64,000 nt of DNA. Origin: Candidatus Binataceae bacterium. Lineage in GTDB: Bacteria > Desulfobacterota > Binatia > Binatales > Binataceae. Location: positions 20,031 through 84,030 of the forward strand of contig JBKQNE010000049.1 of assembly GCA_052146355.1 (NCBI GenBank), given 5' to 3'. A program made the translations under genes and the position numbers. Positions 18,305 through 27,449 of this stretch are shown here, piece by piece. A model generated the notes under the pieces. The model did no database searches. It was not told where the DNA came from and saw only the letters and a program-made list of their open reading frames with translations. Within the stretch, counting starts at the first letter, position 1. Every line of letters begins with the position of its first letter.

Positions 18305-19165
18305 TCAGGACACAGCCCCGCCCTGCGCCAGTTCCTTGAAGGTCGTCAGCTGGATGCCACGCGCGGCGAGCGCGTCGCGCACGCGCGGGCTGGTGAGAAT
18401 TTCCACTTCGACCTGCGCCTCGGCGGGCGGCGGCGTGCCGCCGATATCCATCGCGGGATGAAAATAAAGCTCGGTTACGCCGTCGCGCAGGCGATCGATG
18501 ATCGCGAGTATGTAATCTTCGTCCAAGTGTCCGCTTTGATGGAGTCCGAAGAGCCAGTCGGTCGACTTGAGCCCTTGCTCACGCATCATGCGGCGCGTTC
18601 TGCGCGAGAGCGTGCGGAAAATTACCGCCTCAACAACTTTACGGGCGGCGTGGTCGCGCCGGAGCCGCAGGGTCGTGAAGACTTGTTCGCGCGGGAGGCG
18701 AAGGCACGGCACCTTATATTCGATCGCGAGGCCGACGAGAATGTCGGCGATCACCGGATGAACGTGGAAATTGAGATGACCGTCGATATGGTTCAGGTAG
18801 CCGACCAGCTCCAGATGTTTTTCAACCTGGGCGCGCAGTTCAGCCGCAAGTTTGGCGCGCGCGGGTTTGTCGAAAAACCAGCGCAGGCCCGCAAGCACGG
18901 GGTTTTCCGGAAACCTGCCCGATGCGTCCACGGCGGGCGCGAGGTCCGCCGCAGGAAGCACGCTCCTGCCCTTGCAAACGACCGCGTGAAGGCCGACGTC
19001 GAGCCCGGGGTTTTCGCGCGCAAGCCGCGCGGCTTCATCGCGATGCGCCTCCGCGACCATCAGGCTGGCGCTCGTGAGGACGCCCTTGCGATGGGTGCGC
19101 GCGACGGCGGCGTTGACCTCGCGCGAAAAGCCGAAGTCGTCGGCGTTGATGATTAGTGTCTTCAT
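18305..19165 (-). CDS. hpnK: YdjC-family deacetylase, hopanoid-associated HpnK type
   Basis: MKTLIINADDFGFSREVN is the YdjC signature. The position next to hpnG and the hpn cluster supports HpnK. ATG at 19165. Confidence 0.7.
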   Translation of the reverse strand: MKTLIINADDFGFSREVNAAVARTHRKGVLTSASLMVAEAHRDEAARLARENPGLDVGLHAVVCKGRSVLPAADLAPAVDASGRFPENPVLAGLRWFFDKPARAKLAAELRAQVEKHLELVGYLNHIDGHLNFHVHPVIADILVGLAIEYKVPCLRLPREQVFTTLRLRRDHAARKVVEAVIFRTLSRRTRRMMREQGLKSTDWLFGLHQSGHLDEDYILAIIDRLRDGVTELYFHPAMDIGGTPPPAEAQVEVEILTSPRVRDALAARGIQLTTFKELAQGGAVS

Positions 19166-19281
19166 GGCGCGGATGCGGCGCGGTGCCGGCGCGCGGGTAA
19201 CTTGACCGACCGGCACGTGCGCGCAATTTTGCTAGCATCGCCGGGGCCGCTCAAGTACTTGCCGCAGGAAGTGCAGACCGC

Positions 19282-20070
19282 TTGATACTTATCTTCTACG
19301 CATTCGCTCGCGAAATCGCGCCGTTCAAGCGCAGGCTGAAAAATCGCCGCCCGCTGGAGCATCGCGAACTGCATGGTTTTCGGGCCGAAGTCGCCGGAAC
19401 CGAGATCGCCGCGATCGCAACCGGAATTGGAATCAGGCGCGCGCTCGATACTGCGCGGCGGGCGTTCGAAGTTTATCCCGATGCGGAGATTGCGATCGGT
19501 GCCGGAGTCGCCGGTTCGCTGACCAGCGCGCTCGGGCCCGGCGATCTGGTGCTGGCGGATCGCGTGATGGTCCATCACGCCGCCGACGTTGAACCGGAAC
19601 ACGTTACCGCCATCGATGAGAACAATTTGAGCGAGCTTGGGCGGATGCTGAATGGCGCGGGGCTGCGCTACAGCAGCGGGACCATTCTGACTTCGCATCG
19701 CGTGTTGCCCGGCAGCGTGGAGAAGCGGCGCGCCAACGAGCGCACCGGCGCCATCGCCGTCGACATGGAGACCGCATCGATCGCTAGCGAAGCAGGCGCG
19801 CGCGGCATTCCGTTCGCCAGCGTGCGCACCATCATCGACGCCGCCGACGATGATGTCGTCGGGGCGGGACTGGCCGACGAAGAGGGACGCGTCAGCGCGC
19901 TCGCCGCGACGGGTCGTCTGATTCGCAACCCGGGCGAGATATTCAGGCTGCCGCGGATGATGCTGAACCTGAACCGCGCGACGCGATCGCTCGCCGATGC
20001 GCTCGAAGTGATCGCGTGGCGCGGCGCGCCTATCGCACGAGGTCGGGCGGCAAAAAAGAACCGGCGCTGA
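19282..20070 (+). CDS. hpnG: hopanoid-associated nucleoside phosphorylase HpnG type (PNP/UDP family)
   Basis: PNP_UDP-fold blocks (IATGIGIRRA, GAGVAGSL, AVDMETASIA). TTG start. Divergent from hpnK. Confidence 0.7.
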   Translation: MILIFYAFAREIAPFKRRLKNRRPLEHRELHGFRAEVAGTEIAAIATGIGIRRALDTARRAFEVYPDAEIAIGAGVAGSLTSALGPGDLVLADRVMVHHAADVEPEHVTAIDENNLSELGRMLNGAGLRYSSGTILTSHRVLPGSVEKRRANERTGAIAVDMETASIASEAGARGIPFASVRTIIDAADDDVVGAGLADEEGRVSALAATGRLIRNPGEIFRLPRMMLNLNRATRSLADALEVIAWRGAPIARGRAAKKNRR

Positions 20071-20821
20071 AGCCGCCATCGATCGGTACCGCGACACCCG
20101 TAATGAACGCGGCCTGATCGGAGGCGAGAAACGCGGCGAGCGCCGCGACCTCTTCGGGTTTTCCGTTGCGCCCGATCGGATGCATGTTGCCGGTGCGGCG
20201 CCAGACCTGCTGCGAGCTTCCCGCGGGAGCGCCCGTGCAGTTCTCGAAGATGGGCGTCTCGATGACGCCGGGGCAGATCGAGACGCAGCGGATCTTGTGG
20301 CGCGCGAAGTCGAGCGCGATTCCCTTCGACATGATCACGACGCCGCCCTTGGCTGCCTGGTACGCCCCCAGATTCGGCACGCCTTCGATGCCCGCGCCGC
20401 TGGCGGTGTTGATGATCACGCCGCCGCCCTGCTTGATCATTTGCGGAATCGCGTATTTGCAGCCGAAGAACACGCCTTTCATGCATACGTCGACGACCCA
20501 ATCCCATTCCTCTTCGGTGGTATCGACGACGTTCTTGCCGACGTAGACGCCGGCGTTATTAAAGATGACATCGAGGCGCCCGAAGGCGCGCACGGTCTCG
20601 GCGACCAGATTCTCGACCTGCGCTCCGATGCGCACATCGACGACCATCGATTTGGCGCTGCCGCCCGCTTTTTCGATCTCCGCGGCGGTCTGTGCGGCCG
20701 ATTCGGCGCGCACGTCGGCAACCATCACCTTCGCGCCTTCAATCGCAAATCGCAGCGCGCTCGCGCGCCCGATTCCCGAGCCGGCGCCAGTTATCAGCGA
20801 GACTTTGTTTTCCAACAGCAT
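20030..20821 (-). CDS. SDR family oxidoreductase
   Basis: 263-aa ORF with TGAGSGIGRA, NNAG and YQAAK motifs. Its 3' end overlaps the hpnG 3' end by 41 nt (convergent). Confidence 0.9.
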   Translation of the reverse strand: MLLENKVSLITGAGSGIGRASALRFAIEGAKVMVADVRAESAAQTAAEIEKAGGSAKSMVVDVRIGAQVENLVAETVRAFGRLDVIFNNAGVYVGKNVVDTTEEEWDWVVDVCMKGVFFGCKYAIPQMIKQGGGVIINTASGAGIEGVPNLGAYQAAKGGVVIMSKGIALDFARHKIRCVSICPGVIETPIFENCTGAPAGSSQQVWRRTGNMHPIGRNGKPEEVAALAAFLASDQAAFITGVAVPIDGGFSAGSFLPPDLVR

Positions 20822-20869
20822 AGTGGTGCTCCTTCAGCAGATATTCGTGCGCAAGAAATCGTGGCCGTT

Positions 20870-21334
20870 TCAGGCGACGTCTTTCTTTGCCCATCCGGTT
20901 TCGTAGGGCGCGGCCATGCGGCCGATCGCGCGCAGATGCTGGAACTTCCACTCGCCGTTCACCTTCACGTAGTCCTCTTCATAGCGAGCGGCCAGCCACA
21001 TCTGGCGGTTGCCCTTGCGGAACGTGAATGGCCCCAGAAAGTACCAACTGCCTTTCGCGCGATCGCCGTCCACGTTGATGATCGGGTTGAAGACGTTGTG
21101 CTGCGAAAAGGCGATGCGCTCCTGGAACTTCTGGAACAACGCGCGAATGGCGGCGTGTCCCTGCTGCGCGCTGATTCCATCGCCTTCCCAGATGCCGTCC
21201 TCCGCGAACAGCTTGGTGATCTCGGCCGGATTGTGATTGTCGTCGCAGATCAGGCAGTAGCGCGCCTTGAGCTTCTTGATTGCCTCGATGTCTTCGAGAA
21301 TCGCGATGCGCCTGGCGAGTTCTTCGTTTGCCAT
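20870..21334 (-). CDS. NTF2-like (SnoaL_4-type) protein
   Basis: The stretch LEDIEAIKKLKARYCLICD...FAEDGIWEG is the typical SnoaL-like/NTF2 N-terminal helix pattern. ATG at 21334. Confidence 0.7.
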   Translation of the reverse strand: MANEELARRIAILEDIEAIKKLKARYCLICDDNHNPAEITKLFAEDGIWEGDGISAQQGHAAIRALFQKFQERIAFSQHNVFNPIINVDGDRAKGSWYFLGPFTFRKGNRQMWLAARYEEDYVKVNGEWKFQHLRAIGRMAAPYETGWAKKDVA

Positions 21335-21367
21335 GGTTGATTCCTCCATATGCTGGAGCTGAGCCAG

Positions 21368-21445
21368 CAACCTAACCCCTTACCCCTTCCCGCCTCCAGA
21401 GGCCTTGCGGAGGGCAGGCCCTGAGACGGAAGGTGAACCAGAGAG
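21368..21445. repeat. REP-like element related to the arms of the 45.0-kb inverted repeat
   Basis: caacctaaccccttaccccttccc ... cctgagacggaaggtgaaccagagag, with an inserted hairpin (gcctccagaggccttgcggagggc). Compare caacctaacccctaaccccttccctgagaaggaagggg at 45035. Confidence 0.5.
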
Positions 21446-21475
21446 ATAATTCTGATCCGCAGATAATAACGAGGG

Positions 21476-21976
21476 TCACGCGTTGACTTTGCCTTCCGCC
21501 GCCTTTAGACGCTGGCGGGCGAGTTCGAAGACGTGCCAGTTGCCCTCGTTCCAGGTCAGCGTCAGCTTGCACTTGCTGATTCTCCAGCCTTTCGCCGTCC
21601 GCACGAAGTGGTTGGTGTAGTAGCCGCCCATGGTCTGCGTGCTGCCGCCTTTGTCGTTGGGCAGATAGTGCTGGGCCTGCACGTACGCGATGCACAGCGC
21701 CTTGTCGCCATCGACGGTAATTACATGATTCGTGATCATGTGCTGCGTCGCCTGAAGACCGCTCACGGTCCGGGGCGCGGATTCCGTCCAGCGGTCGGCG
21801 CTGACTTTGCGCGGACCACCCGAACCGAACACCGAGCTGAAGTCCACTTCGATCTCGTCGTCGAAGCACGAACGGAAACAGACCCAATCGCGAAAATCGA
21901 GGCCGGTTGCGTAGCGCGATTGCGCGTCGCTGATCTCAGCGCGATCGATCAGAAGCTGAAGGCTGGCGTTCTCCAT
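21476..21976 (-). CDS. NTF2-like (SnoaL_4-type) protein
   Basis: LIDRAEISDAQSRYATGLDFRDW ... HMITNHVITVDGDKA pattern of SnoaL-like proteins. ATG at 21976. Paralogous in architecture to 20870..21334. Confidence 0.7.
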   Translation of the reverse strand: MENASLQLLIDRAEISDAQSRYATGLDFRDWVCFRSCFDDEIEVDFSSVFGSGGPRKVSADRWTESAPRTVSGLQATQHMITNHVITVDGDKALCIAYVQAQHYLPNDKGGSTQTMGGYYTNHFVRTAKGWRISKCKLTLTWNEGNWHVFELARQRLKAAEGKVNA

Positions 21977-22054
21977 CTCGGGCACCTCCCCGCTGTGCGG
22001 GAACATACACCAGATTGCCGGAAAAGAGAGGGTGAATCGCGTCGGTCAGGGGAA

Positions 22055-22267
22055 TCAGGGAGAGTGGTCAGCTTCAATACGGCGCAAGAAATCCCTGGCA
22101 CCCATGAGCACCGCGAGCGCCTCGGTCATGCTACCGACAAGATCTGCGCGTTCAGCATCGCTGAATTTCGCCACCGTGTTGGCATCCACCGCCTCGCTGA
22201 TTTCGCTGATGATGCTGGTCAACTCTTGCAGTTTTTCTTTCGCGATAGCCTTTGTTTGCTCGTCCAT
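22055..22267 (-). CDS. hypothetical small helical protein (70 aa)
   Basis: ATG preceded by AGAGG. Sits between the DUF422 gene and the NTF2-like genes in the same orientation. No recognisable family. Confidence 0.4.
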   Translation of the reverse strand: MDEQTKAIAKEKLQELTSIISEISEAVDANTVAKFSDAERADLVGSMTEALAVLMGARDFLRRIEADHSP

Positions 22268-22308
22268 AACTCGCCTCTATTTCATTCCCACCGCGCGGGT
22301 GCGACTCG

Positions 22309-23208
22309 TCAGCCGAAACGGCGGCGGATTTCGGGGGAATGCGCTCTCAACACTGACGGAACGATCAGGCCGCGTTCGTACGGAAAATCATGCAGATGGC
22401 GCTCGATCGCGTCTTCGTCGCCGTAGCAGTCGCTGCGGGTCAGGATGTCCAGCGCCAGCGCGAGGAACGGCAGATAGACAAACACGCTGGCCCATCCGAT
22501 CTCGGACGCGCGAATACGAAACAGCATCGTCACGCCGAAGCATACGATTCCCAGGTAGAGCGCCGGGCCCAGGAGCGCGCGCGAGGGAAAGGACACGACC
22601 GCACCATACGGCTTTCGCGACCCGATGTTCATGGCTGAATCGAGCAGCACGAAAATCGCAATCGTAACCGCGGCCACGAAGTACCATCCGAGGTAGTTGC
22701 TGATCGGCACGCCGAAATGCGGGCCGGCCGGGTCGTACCAGAAGATTTTGCCCAGGAACCATCGGTCGCCGAGCACGCTCAGCGGATCGACCACCCAATC
22801 GATCATCACCATGAACAGCGACGCCAAAAGCCATACGCGCGGCGCGCGGCGGATTTTCCAGGTGTCGAGCAGGCGCAGGTCCCATCCGTTGCGGTAGAGC
22901 GGCGCGCAGAGCAGCAAAGCGACCGTGTAGCTCGCAAAACCGAGGAACGTGAAGGACAACGAGTCCATGAACGGCACGCCGAAGACCCAGATTTCACGGT
23001 TCCGGGTGCCCTCGATGTAGTGATAAAGGCCGAACGGAAATCCGTTGTGCACCGAAGACCACTCACAGCCGAGCGACACGACGTAGGTCAGTATTGCGAA
23101 GAGCAAAGTGGCGCGCAGGCCGAAGTTGACGATGGCGATGAAAAGAAAGCTCGCCAGGAAGATGAAGACGTAGGGGCGAAGCGCGACGGTGGAAATCAGC
23201 AGGTGCAT
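22309..23208 (-). CDS. polytopic membrane protein, DUF422 / carotenoid-biosynthesis-protein family (CruF-like)
   Basis: 299-aa ORF with about 8 hydrophobic segments. The stretch GCEWSSVHNGFPFGLYHY...GVPFMDSLSFTFLGFASY resembles the Caroten_synth (DUF422) family as I remember it. Starts 10 nt after the hpnA stop. Confidence 0.6.
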   Translation of the reverse strand: MHLLISTVALRPYVFIFLASFLFIAIVNFGLRATLLFAILTYVVSLGCEWSSVHNGFPFGLYHYIEGTRNREIWVFGVPFMDSLSFTFLGFASYTVALLLCAPLYRNGWDLRLLDTWKIRRAPRVWLLASLFMVMIDWVVDPLSVLGDRWFLGKIFWYDPAGPHFGVPISNYLGWYFVAAVTIAIFVLLDSAMNIGSRKPYGAVVSFPSRALLGPALYLGIVCFGVTMLFRIRASEIGWASVFVYLPFLALALDILTRSDCYGDEDAIERHLHDFPYERGLIVPSVLRAHSPEIRRRFG

Positions 23209-23218
23209 CGCATCGTGC

Positions 23219-24229
23219 TCACGCCGCCGCGCGCGGAGCCACCCCGCTGCGCCGGAAAAACTCGATAGCGCCCGCGAGGGCGTCGTCTACGGGACTGGGA
23301 GCATAGCCAAGGTCGCGCGTCGCCTTCGACGAGTCGAAGAACATCCGCTTGCGCGACATCCGCACTTCGGTGACGCTGGCGCGTGGCGCGCGATGCGTCA
23401 CCATGCGCGAGACCGCCTCCGCGCCCAGCGCGAATCCATACGCCACCGCATACGGCAGCTTGACGCGCGGGGCAGGCAGGCCCGACAGGCGCGCGAGACG
23501 TTCGAGCATTTCTTTCAGCGTCAGGTTCTCGCCGCCCAGAATATATCTCTCGCCGATACGGCCGCGTTCGGCCGCAAGCAGATGGCCCCGCGCCGCATCC
23601 TTGACGTCGACGAGGTTCAGGCCCGTATCGACATAGGCCGGCATCCTGCGATTCAGGAAATCGACGATCACGCGCCCGGTCGGCGTAGGTTTCAGGTCGA
23701 GAGGCCCAACCGGAGTGGAAGGATTGACGACTACGACCGGCGCTCCTGAACGCGCCGCCTCGACCGCCACCTTCTCCGCGAGAAACTTGGATCGTTTGTA
23801 AGGGCCGGTCATGTCATCGAGCGACACAGGAGTATCTTCCGTACCAACTCCGCCGTGCGGAATTCCCAGCGCGCCCACCGTGCTCGTATGAACGATGCGC
23901 TCGACGCCGGCGCGATGCGACGCGTCGATGATATTGCGGGTGCCCTCCACGTTGGCCGCATACATCGGGGCGGGATCGGGAACCCAGAGCCGATAGTCGG
24001 CGGCGACGTGATAGACCTGATTGCAGCCGGCGACTGCGCGCTCGACCGAGTTGCGATCGCGAAGGTCGCCCACCGCGAATTCCACGTCGAGGCCCGCCAG
24101 CGCGCCGCGATCGGCGCCCTCGCGGATGAAGATGCGGACCCGATCGCCTCGTGCCAGCAGCGCGCGCGCGACGTGGCACCCCACGAAGCCGTTCCCTCCC
24201 GTCACGAGTGCGAGTCTCGGCACGGTCAC
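23219..24229 (-). CDS. hpnA: hopanoid-associated NAD-dependent sugar epimerase/dehydratase HpnA
   Basis: LVTGGNGFVGCHVARALLARG Rossmann motif, extended-SDR layout, and position after hpnE. The GTG start at 24229 overlaps the hpnE TGA (GTGA). The longer ORF N-terminus is Arg-rich overlap junk. Confidence 0.8.
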   Translation of the reverse strand: MTVPRLALVTGGNGFVGCHVARALLARGDRVRIFIREGADRGALAGLDVEFAVGDLRDRNSVERAVAGCNQVYHVAADYRLWVPDPAPMYAANVEGTRNIIDASHRAGVERIVHTSTVGALGIPHGGVGTEDTPVSLDDMTGPYKRSKFLAEKVAVEAARSGAPVVVVNPSTPVGPLDLKPTPTGRVIVDFLNRRMPAYVDTGLNLVDVKDAARGHLLAAERGRIGERYILGGENLTLKEMLERLARLSGLPAPRVKLPYAVAYGFALGAEAVSRMVTHRAPRASVTEVRMSRKRMFFDSSKATRDLGYAPSPVDDALAGAIEFFRRSGVAPRAAA

Positions 24230-25602
24230 TCTCCACCCGCGTCCGCGGCGGCGCGATGAGCGACCGCGCCGGCAGCGGCACGCCCTGCCATGACGGCGCT
24301 CTCGATCGTCGCGGGAAGGCCGGTCTGAATCCAATCGCCGGCGAGAAACAGATTCGGGAACGGGGTCGCCGCGGGCGGTCGCAGTTGATGTGACCGCGTA
24401 TCGGGCGCCATGGTGGCCTGCTTTTCCTTGAGCACGATCGCCTTGGTGACCTTGGCGCTGCGCGCCGTGGGAATCATCGTGTACAGATCGTTGATCACCA
24501 GCTCCAGGATCTCATCGTTGGATTTATCGACGAGAGAGCGCGCGCCGCTGATTACGAAGCTCAAGTACCCCGGATGCCGTTCGCCGTGGCGTTCGAAAAT
24601 CCTGCGTTTGTTGAACAGCCACTGGGTCGGAGTGCCGATAAAGCCCACAAATGCCGAACGCGTGACTTCGCGGTCGAACCAGACGTGGACGCAGATTGTC
24701 GGGGTCGTGCCAAGCTCGTCGATGCGCCTGAAGAAAGGGTCTGCGACCGCGTTCTCGGGGAGCATGCGAACCAGGTGATGGGGAGGGACGGCGGCGATGA
24801 AATTGGCGGCCGCCAGTTTGCGCCCGTCGCGCAGGCGCACGCGCTCCACCGTGCCGTCGCCGGCGATTTCCAGCCCCTCGACGATCGCGTGCGAGGCGAT
24901 GACGCCGCCGGATTGCTCGATAACCGCGCGCGCGCCCGTGCAATACAGATCGCTGAGACCCACCCGGGAATAAACGAAAGCGGAATCCTGGCGGCGCGCG
25001 AAAAATGCACGCTTCAACACCTCGGCGAACAGCGCCGCGGAGGAGACTTCGGGCTCGTCGTTGAGAGTCGCAATCGAGATCGGGTACCAAAAAGCGCGGC
25101 GCGCATTCTCGCTCTGCCCCAACTGGTTCATCAATTCGGTTACGGTAAGTTTTTCCAGCGCCGCCGGGTCGCGCCTGCGTATCGCGCGCAACTTGAGGCC
25201 GGCTCGAATCGCCGAGAGCCGCTCTCCAAGACTCAAATGGCGGTAGCGCAGCAGCGCGGCGCCCATGTGAAGGGGGCCGGGCAGATGAGCGGTGCGAACG
25301 GTCGCGCTGCGGCCGGGACCCGCGAGCATCTCGATTTCCAGATCGGGATGAAAGACGAGCTTGTCGCCGGACCCGATCTTGTTCAGGAAATCCAGGCTCT
25401 CCTTGTAGCAGCCCATCAGCACGTGCTGTCCATTGTCGACGAAGTCGCCGGTTTCCGGATCCTCGAACGAGTAGGCGCGCCCGCCAAGCGCGGGCTTGCG
25501 TTCGAGCAGAGCGACACGGAAGCCGCGCTCGGCAAGCGCCACTCCCGCGCTTAGTCCGGCGAAGCCGCCGCCGACTACGACGACATCTTTCGAATCGACC
25601 AT
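24226..25602 (-). CDS. hpnE: hydroxysqualene dehydroxylase HpnE (FAD-dependent amine-oxidase fold)
   Basis: VVVVGGGFAGLSAGVALAERGFRVALLERKPALGGR dinucleotide motif, 458 aa, directly downstream of hpnC-hpnD. Confidence 0.85.
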   Translation of the reverse strand: MVDSKDVVVVGGGFAGLSAGVALAERGFRVALLERKPALGGRAYSFEDPETGDFVDNGQHVLMGCYKESLDFLNKIGSGDKLVFHPDLEIEMLAGPGRSATVRTAHLPGPLHMGAALLRYRHLSLGERLSAIRAGLKLRAIRRRDPAALEKLTVTELMNQLGQSENARRAFWYPISIATLNDEPEVSSAALFAEVLKRAFFARRQDSAFVYSRVGLSDLYCTGARAVIEQSGGVIASHAIVEGLEIAGDGTVERVRLRDGRKLAAANFIAAVPPHHLVRMLPENAVADPFFRRIDELGTTPTICVHVWFDREVTRSAFVGFIGTPTQWLFNKRRIFERHGERHPGYLSFVISGARSLVDKSNDEILELVINDLYTMIPTARSAKVTKAIVLKEKQATMAPDTRSHQLRPPAATPFPNLFLAGDWIQTGLPATIESAVMAGRAAAGAVAHRAAADAGGE

Positions 25603-25620
25603 CTGTATGTAGTAGTAACC

Positions 25621-26535
25621 TTACCCGCGCAGCGCGCCAAGGCGGGAGGTCGCCCACGCGCGTCCAACGAGGTAAAGCTTGTGCGGCGCCGAGAGGCTCA
25701 GCCTGCGATCCAGCACGCGATAATTTGAACTGACGATCAGGTCAAGCAGCGAACCATAGATGAGGCGCATCGCCTCCGCCGTCAGCAACGTGGAGCGATC
25801 CTCGCGCGGCAGCGAATGCTCAGCGCGTTCATAGAAGTCGCGCGCGCGGCGCGCCTCGAACTCCATCAGGCTCACGAACGCATCGTTGTAGACCCCGCTC
25901 AGGATCTCGCTCTCCGGCACGTGAAAGCGCTGCAAATCCTCCAGCGGAATATAGATTCGCCCGCGGGTCGCATCTTCCTTCACGTCGCGCAGGATGTTGG
26001 TGAGCTGGCAGGCGATGGCGAGATTTTCAGCATAAACCTTGGCGGCGGGATTGCTGTAGCCGAAGATCTCGATACAGATGAGGCCGACCACCGAGGCGGC
26101 CCGATAGCAGTACACGCGAAGCTCGTCGAACGTCGCGTAGCGCTTGCGGGAGAGATCCATCTCCATGCCCGCGATGAGTTCCTCGAAATATTCGCGCGGA
26201 ACGCGAAACCGCACCACGGCATCCGCGAGCGCGCGGGAGATCGGCCGCGTCGGTTCGCCGTCTCCGTAGACGCGGCCAAGTTCTTCACGCCATCGCGCCA
26301 GCAGGCCCGCCGGCTCGCCGATCGATTCGTCGTCGGCGATGTCGTCGACAAAGCGGCAAAACGCATAGACCGCATACAGCGCGCGGCGGCGTTCCGCGGG
26401 CAGCAGCATGAAGGCGTAGTAGAAATTCGACGACGACTGCCGCGTGATCTCGGCGCAGCGGCGGTAGTCCGCCTCGAGCGACGCCGCGGCGCTTTCTTCG
26501 AGCCGATCGCCGAAGTCAGGATTCAAGTTTCCCAC
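25621..26535 (-). CDS. hpnD: presqualene diphosphate synthase HpnD
   Basis: Squalene/phytoene synthase fold with Asp-rich FVDDIAD and DVKED-type motifs, plus the SSSNFYYAFMLLP block. Second of the tandem pair. GTG start overlapping hpnC by 20 nt. Confidence 0.8.
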   Translation of the reverse strand: MGNLNPDFGDRLEESAAASLEADYRRCAEITRQSSSNFYYAFMLLPAERRRALYAVYAFCRFVDDIADDESIGEPAGLLARWREELGRVYGDGEPTRPISRALADAVVRFRVPREYFEELIAGMEMDLSRKRYATFDELRVYCYRAASVVGLICIEIFGYSNPAAKVYAENLAIACQLTNILRDVKEDATRGRIYIPLEDLQRFHVPESEILSGVYNDAFVSLMEFEARRARDFYERAEHSLPREDRSTLLTAEAMRLIYGSLLDLIVSSNYRVLDRRLSLSAPHKLYLVGRAWATSRLGALRG

Positions 26536-27439
26536 GCAGCGCGTTCCATCCCAGTTTCAGATAGTCGAATTTCGAAAGCTTGGGCCGGTTGTGAAATACG
26601 TCGTACCCCACCCGCTCGATAGCACGGAGTATCGCCAGCCCTCCGCCCGCAAACATCAGCATGTCGCGGCTGAGACGCCGATCGACGAGCCGATGGATCT
26701 GCCCGCCTTCGATGAGCATCGCGCGCGCGAAGCCGACTTCATGCTTGAGCAACGCGCTGAAGTTCCCGCCCGTGGCGCCGCGGTTCAGGTCCTCGACGGT
26801 CACGCCAAATTGCGCCATGTCGTGGCGGGGAAGATAAACGCGTCCCTTGCCGAGGTCGATAGCGACATCCTGCCAGAAATTGGCGAGCTGCAAGCCGCTG
26901 CAAACCAGATCGGAAAGCCGCTGGCGTTCGGCATCGCGATAGCCGAACAAATAGAGCACCAGGCGGCCGACAGGATTTGCCGAATAGCGCGAGTAGCCGA
27001 GCAGATCGCCGATCGTGTCGAAGCCCTGGAAATTCACGTCGGATCGGAATGCCACCAGCAGGTCGGCGAATGGTTCGCGCGGAATCTCAAATCGATTCAC
27101 GGTATCGGCGATCGCGACGAACACCGGATGACTCGGCACGCCCGCGTACGCCAGGTCGAGTTCGCGCTCCCAGGCATCGAGCTTGGCGAGGTCGTGATCT
27201 TCGTCGGCGAAGTCGTCGGCGATCCGCGCGTAGGCGTAGATCGCGTACATGTATTTGCGCATCGCGGGCGGCATCATCCACGAGGCGACGGTGAAGTTTT
27301 CGTAGTGAGATTTCGCAAGGCCTGCGCAGAATTCGTAGGCGGCCTCGACGGAGACCGTCGCGCGATGTACGGCACCATCGCCAAGTAGTGCCGCCGATTC
27401 AGTGCCAAGCACCGTCCCCATCGCTTCCGTGCGCCTCAC
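26516..27439 (-). CDS. hpnC: hydroxysqualene synthase HpnC
   Basis: Squalene/phytoene synthase fold with SHYENFTVAS block and IADDFADE Asp-rich motif. First of the hpnC-hpnD-hpnE order. Confidence 0.8.
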   Translation of the reverse strand: MRRTEAMGTVLGTESAALLGDGAVHRATVSVEAAYEFCAGLAKSHYENFTVASWMMPPAMRKYMYAIYAYARIADDFADEDHDLAKLDAWERELDLAYAGVPSHPVFVAIADTVNRFEIPREPFADLLVAFRSDVNFQGFDTIGDLLGYSRYSANPVGRLVLYLFGYRDAERQRLSDLVCSGLQLANFWQDVAIDLGKGRVYLPRHDMAQFGVTVEDLNRGATGGNFSALLKHEVGFARAMLIEGGQIHRLVDRRLSRDMLMFAGGGLAILRAIERVGYDVFHNRPKLSKFDYLKLGWNALRGKLES

Positions 27440-27449
27440 TTGCCCGGTT

